Shown in pieces: positions 59,875-64,000 of a stretch of DNA of 64,000 nucleotides. The stretch covers positions 62,001-126,000 of the forward strand of contig JAKMXF010000319.1 in NCBI GenBank assembly GCA_024704765.1, written 5' to 3'. The notes beneath the pieces are model-generated. The model did not search any database. It saw only the letters and a program-made list of their open reading frames with translations, and was not told the origin of the DNA. Numbering within the stretch: the stretch's first letter is position 1; each line of letters begins with the position of its first letter. Source of the DNA: Oopsacas minuta. Its lineage: Eukaryota; Animalia; Porifera. The translations under genes and the position numbers were made by a program.

Positions 59875-60921
59875 CTAATTAGCAAAACGCGTATAACAAT
59901 ATTGTAACTGTTCAATGCCTGCAACCATATTCCATTCCAACATCCATTCAGCCATGCGCTGCCTATTGTGCCTACGTTTATCTTTCATTTGCCAGAATTT
60001 CCAATAAGCAGCGGTTGTAGGGAGTCTCTCGCGCTGCGCCAGTTCATCAGCTGCTCGCTTCTCATCCATGGTCAGGCCAATCTTACGCCAGATAAACGGC
60101 AATAAACCGACTTCGTATTCAGTTGCTACCAAATACATTTCCCTCTCAGTTGGCGGTTGGAATTTATAATTAGGATCATACTGGTCTTGTTTGAAATAGG
60201 CAAATGCATACTCGTTGTGGGAATGGTTCGTCGATTCTCTATTCATGCAATCACGAAGATGACGAAGCAGTCTGCGAAATTCAAGCGGTTTCCAGTGAAA
60301 ATATGTAATCTCATTTCGCCCGATAAAATTGAAATGATATGTATCGAATAACTGATGGTCACAGAGCATTGGCGCGTAAAATTCCAACCCCAACATTTTC
60401 AGGATAACTTCCAAACCACAAAATTCCGGCGAAACTTCTTGTTTCACTATGTTTTTATCGTCGAAGAATGGCCGCTGTACAACTCGACTGGTAATATTCC
60501 TGTACTTCTTTCGCATACGGAAATAATAAGCCAAATGTCCCATAGGTGTACGTCTATTGAACCATTTTTCGTCTTCATATTGGTCACGAATAATCGCGAA
60601 ATGATTAAACTGCGGATATTGAATACCAGGTAACATCATGTGTAGTGGAATTTCAAAATGCTTACGTACAAAATACTTTTGTCCAGTTTTTTCACTTGAA
60701 GTTCGACAATAATATTTCGCGTCACCTTCCTTTATTTTACTATCTTTTTTGACATATAATAATGGCCACCATTGCGGTGGAGTATCATATGGAAATTGGT
60801 CAAAAAATTCAGTACCATAAGGAAGTCTCAATTCATCTTCTTCCTCAGTAAATTTCACTCGGGACCGTAACGGGAATATTGAGTTTGGCTGTTGGATAGA
60901 CGTGTATTTCTGTTCAGTCAT
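59875..60921 (-). CDS. Orphan 348-aa protein with SAM-like and death-domain-like regions
   Basis: Long single-exon ORF. LEVILKMLGLEFYAPML...EFRRLLRHL fits the SAM pattern. TEREMYLVA...IWRKIGLTMDE...YWKFWQMK fits a death-domain pattern more weakly. Confidence 0.6.
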   Translation of the reverse strand: MTEQKYTSIQQPNSIFPLRSRVKFTEEEDELRLPYGTEFFDQFPYDTPPQWWPLLYVKKDSKIKEGDAKYYCRTSSEKTGQKYFVRKHFEIPLHMMLPGIQYPQFNHFAIIRDQYEDEKWFNRRTPMGHLAYYFRMRKKYRNITSRVVQRPFFDDKNIVKQEVSPEFCGLEVILKMLGLEFYAPMLCDHQLFDTYHFNFIGRNEITYFHWKPLEFRRLLRHLRDCMNRESTNHSHNEYAFAYFKQDQYDPNYKFQPPTEREMYLVATEYEVGLLPFIWRKIGLTMDEKRAADELAQRERLPTTAAYWKFWQMKDKRRHNRQRMAEWMLEWNMVAGIEQLQYCYTRFAN

Positions 60922-61283
60922 ATTGATACAAATTCGGCTACGAAGTGAAGTATTACAAAAGAATAAATATGGTCACCTCCCGATATATTAAGCTCAAGAG
61001 ACCGCGATAATCACTTCGAAATGAGCGGTGTTTGATATAACAGATAAAGTATACTCACTTGGCCAGAAACTGGACCATACAAATAGTGTTAATTTATTCC
61101 GCTCGGCACTTCGTGCCTAGAATTCCAAAGAGGTATAATTTTATTATTCATGGTCTATCCAAAATAATTATTATGGCATCCGAGTAGCCAAGCACATTTT
61201 CACATGTACTACAGTAGAATCGGGATTACCACATCAGGAAACGAAAATTAGTATGTCTAAACCGAATATTCTTCCTATACAAT

Positions 61284-61647
61284 CAGGGGTGTATTAGGAG
61301 GGGAACGCGAAGGCGCTTCTGTATGGATATTGGGATTATTTCACAATATTTTTCAGTTGAGAAAATATAGTTCACCATTTTATGGCCATTGTGTAAATAT
61401 AGTTTAATGTTGGTATGGGTACTTTCCTTAGATTTTCAGCTAACGAGTATTAAATATGGATGCATCCACGTTTTTGTGCTCGGAATTTCCACAATCAGTG
61501 AAACTATCTTCTATCTCAAAAGATGTAACTTTAGACAAGCTTGGGAAAGTAGGATATCAATAAGGCGGCGGTTATACTACAAAAGAGGCCCAAATTTAGC
61601 GGAAACGATAGCCTTCCCTTACTTTTATACGTAGGAATACACCCCTG
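61284..61647. mobile_element. hAT-type MITE
   Basis: Perfect 12-bp TIR CAGGGGTGTATT and a perfect 8-bp TSD TATACAAT. Confidence 0.92.
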
Positions 61648-61976
61648 TATACAATTAGAACAAGATAGATAATCCGTTTTGAAGAAGTACTACTAACCGA
61701 GAGTACGTCACGTTTAACTGATTATAGTTGGAAAAATGTGTGAATTTATGACGTCATAAAACTGTGAAAATCCTAAAAGAATCGAACCCAATAAATAACA
61801 ATTAATGCACACTTATGTAATATATAGTATTAAAATAAATATCGGAATAACTAGGGAATATATTATTTAACAAACACAATTTAATGTGTAGAAAGGGCCT
61901 AAATACATTGAATATAAGATAAAAGGCATAAATCTGTGTAGCTAATTAACATGTAAAGTAAAAGCAAATAATATTA

Positions 61977-64000
61977 CTAAGATGAATCATCAATAGCATT
62001 TTTCAGGCCATCATCGTCCTTGTCATGAGGCAGTGTTTGAGATCTCTCTTCTTTCTTTTTGAGAAGTTTCGGATAGTAAACGATTAACCCACACATAAGT
62101 GACAGACCACCTGTAGATACAAGGACTGTAATACCTGCTGCACCACTTGCAGTATAGAATAGAAATACAGACGCTGTAATTAGCTCTTGGTTGTCTGGAG
62201 GACCGGAAGTGGGAATGGGAGTGGGAGTGGGAGTTGGAGTTACAATAATCACGTTTTGGATAATAGAATCTGAATAAATGTAACGATATTCGGGAGAGGT
62301 AAGTGGACAATTTGGATCACCTGAAAATAAACCAAAAGCAATAGAGTTATTAGGATTAAGATTCGGAATTGTTACCGAAGCAGTATCGAAGGTTATATTG
62401 TCATCATCATTCATCACCACATAACATATATGGGTTACATTAATACTCAAAGGACAATCATTGTTTCTAAAGACTACTAACTGATAATTGTCACCGGTAA
62501 AGTCAACTGTATAATCTCCGATAGGAGAGCATTGTTGACTCAATAAAGATTGATCAGTTGTGAAAATTCTATTCTCGATTAAGCCATCAATTTCAATACG
62601 CACACTGTATGCAGTATTCTGTTCTAGTTCAGAAAAACCGGAATAACCAAATCCAGTGGGCTGAAACTCTAAAGTGTAAACTGCTATCTCACTGCCTGGT
62701 TCGAATAAACGGATTATACCATTGAAAAACTGGCCATCAGGAAGAATGCGGTAGCCAAATGAAACTGAATTGGTCGTAGTATTGAGTTCATTGATGCTAA
62801 TACTATAGGTAATGGGCTGGTAAAAGCTAGCAGTACAGCCGTAGTATGCTAATAAATCAGGATTACCTGTTGGATATACAGATACAGTGCAAATACTCCC
62901 CATGTCAAGAGTAACATCATAGACTAAAGTATCACTATCGGTGTGTACTTGATTCATGAGGGAACACGTTGAATTGACAGTCATGCAATTAGCGACATCA
63001 AGGCTACACAATGAAATATTACTAATAGAATATTCAAATTTCAAATCACCTCCAGTAGTAAATATACAGGTGTTAACAAGTGACCAATCATCCTCAGTTG
63101 TGACGGAACGTGATGCATCGAATGAATCACCACACTCTGTAGTAGCTGTGTAATCAATTGTATACATTGTGGAAGGTGATAAACCGGTGAACTCGACTCT
63201 GCCGGTAAGGGTTGTTGCACCCAGCGTGAATGAATAGCCCGTAATGCCAAATTCAGTAAAATTATAACCATCATATAATACAATTTCTATGGTAGTAGCT
63301 GTGGCCGAGAATGAGAAGTTAAGGTGTTGAAATGTAGAAGTCCCATTATCACAACGATTGAACTGAACTATGTCACATGCACTAGAATTTAAAGCGATAC
63401 ATGTAGAGCTATAAGCTGTTGTCGTAAGCACACAGATATCCCAAGGAAATACGAAAGGAACAAAAGTTACCGGTGAAGTGAATACAGAGCAATACTGAAT
63501 AGCATTACAGGTTGCACATGCTGAGAGAGCAGTAGGAAAAGTAGTTGGAGGATCAAAGGTGAATGATATATCATTATGATTTGATGGACATATTGGACTA
63601 GACAGCACACCAATCTGAAAGAGCTGTATCTCTGTGTAGGCTACCAATGATATATCAGGTACAATCGCGTATGTATAATTCAGTTCTACGGTTATAATAT
63701 AGCCAGTCAACTCTTCTAGTCCAGAAATATCGATTTCACCATATGTCATATTCAACCTATTGAAAGTTATATTACCAGCAGTTATAGTAATTCCAGCGAT
63801 AGAAATGACAGAAATCACAGGCACCTCATTCGTAAGCATTACTTCACATTGAATAGAGACTGTCAAAGAATTTATTGTGGCTGTCATTAATGACAGTTGA
63901 CAGGTGTCATCAACTGAAAGGTCAGCTGGTACCACGCGAATAGAAGTCATATTATATTGAATACAATTCCTATTTGAATCCGACCAAATGCATTGAGGAT
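61977..64000 (-). CDS. Fibronectin type III-repeat type I membrane protein (5' end beyond window)
   Basis: The frame is open to position 64000 (PQCIWSDSNRNCIQYN precedes the listed Met). FN3 signatures include SGLEELTGYIITV, TGLSPSTMYTI and SELEQNTAYSVRI, followed by a TPTPTP stalk, a TM segment and a short tail. Confidence 0.75.
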   Translation of the reverse strand, partial: PQCIWSDSNRNCIQYNMTSIRVVPADLSVDDTCQLSLMTATINSLTVSIQCEVMLTNEVPVISVISIAGITITAGNITFNRLNMTYGEIDISGLEELTGYIITVELNYTYAIVPDISLVAYTEIQLFQIGVLSSPICPSNHNDISFTFDPPTTFPTALSACATCNAIQYCSVFTSPVTFVPFVFPWDICVLTTTAYSSTCIALNSSACDIVQFNRCDNGTSTFQHLNFSFSATATTIEIVLYDGYNFTEFGITGYSFTLGATTLTGRVEFTGLSPSTMYTIDYTATTECGDSFDASRSVTTEDDWSLVNTCIFTTGGDLKFEYSISNISLCSLDVANCMTVNSTCSLMNQVHTDSDTLVYDVTLDMGSICTVSVYPTGNPDLLAYYGCTASFYQPITYSISINELNTTTNSVSFGYRILPDGQFFNGIIRLFEPGSEIAVYTLEFQPTGFGYSGFSELEQNTAYSVRIEIDGLIENRIFTTDQSLLSQQCSPIGDYTVDFTGDNYQLVVFRNNDCPLSINVTHICYVVMNDDDNITFDTASVTIPNLNPNNSIAFGLFSGDPNCPLTSPEYRYIYSDSIIQNVIIVTPTPTPTPIPTSGPPDNQELITASVFLFYTASGAAGITVLVSTGGLSLMCGLIVYYPKLLKKKEERSQTLPHDKDDDGLKNAIDDSS

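Overview
Eukaryotic (animal) genomic DNA, AT-rich (about one third GC by eye), with GT-AG introns and many short TIR elements (MITEs). The gene content suggests an early-branching metazoan, probably a sponge (inference only). Genes in order: a 23-exon DNAH1-like axonemal dynein heavy chain (minus, 3' end off-window); an ephrin-like type I membrane protein; a 2.5-kb tandem duplication giving two frameshifted TRAF-like genes plus an orphan 3' piece of the next gene; an intronless CCP1/AGTPBP1-like tubulin deglutamylase; a ZC3H10-like CCCH gene; a ~9-kb gene-free stretch; a Cys-rich/cadherin-like surface protein; MRTF; Acinus (ACIN1); a mucin-like receptor; a SAM + death-domain-like orphan; and an FN3 receptor (5' end off-window). 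The most striking observations are three. (1) The dynein splices in frame with no stops, yet lacks the whole stalk/microtubule-binding domain and apparently the N-terminal tail. (2) The CCP1 gene has an in-frame TGA upstream of its catalytic Glu, and the frame beyond it stays open in both duplicate copies. (3) One dynein intron looks transposon-created (Introner-type). Homolog comparisons are from recalled family sequences, exon models were built by hand, and no searches were run. No rRNA, tRNA or CRISPR array was seen.
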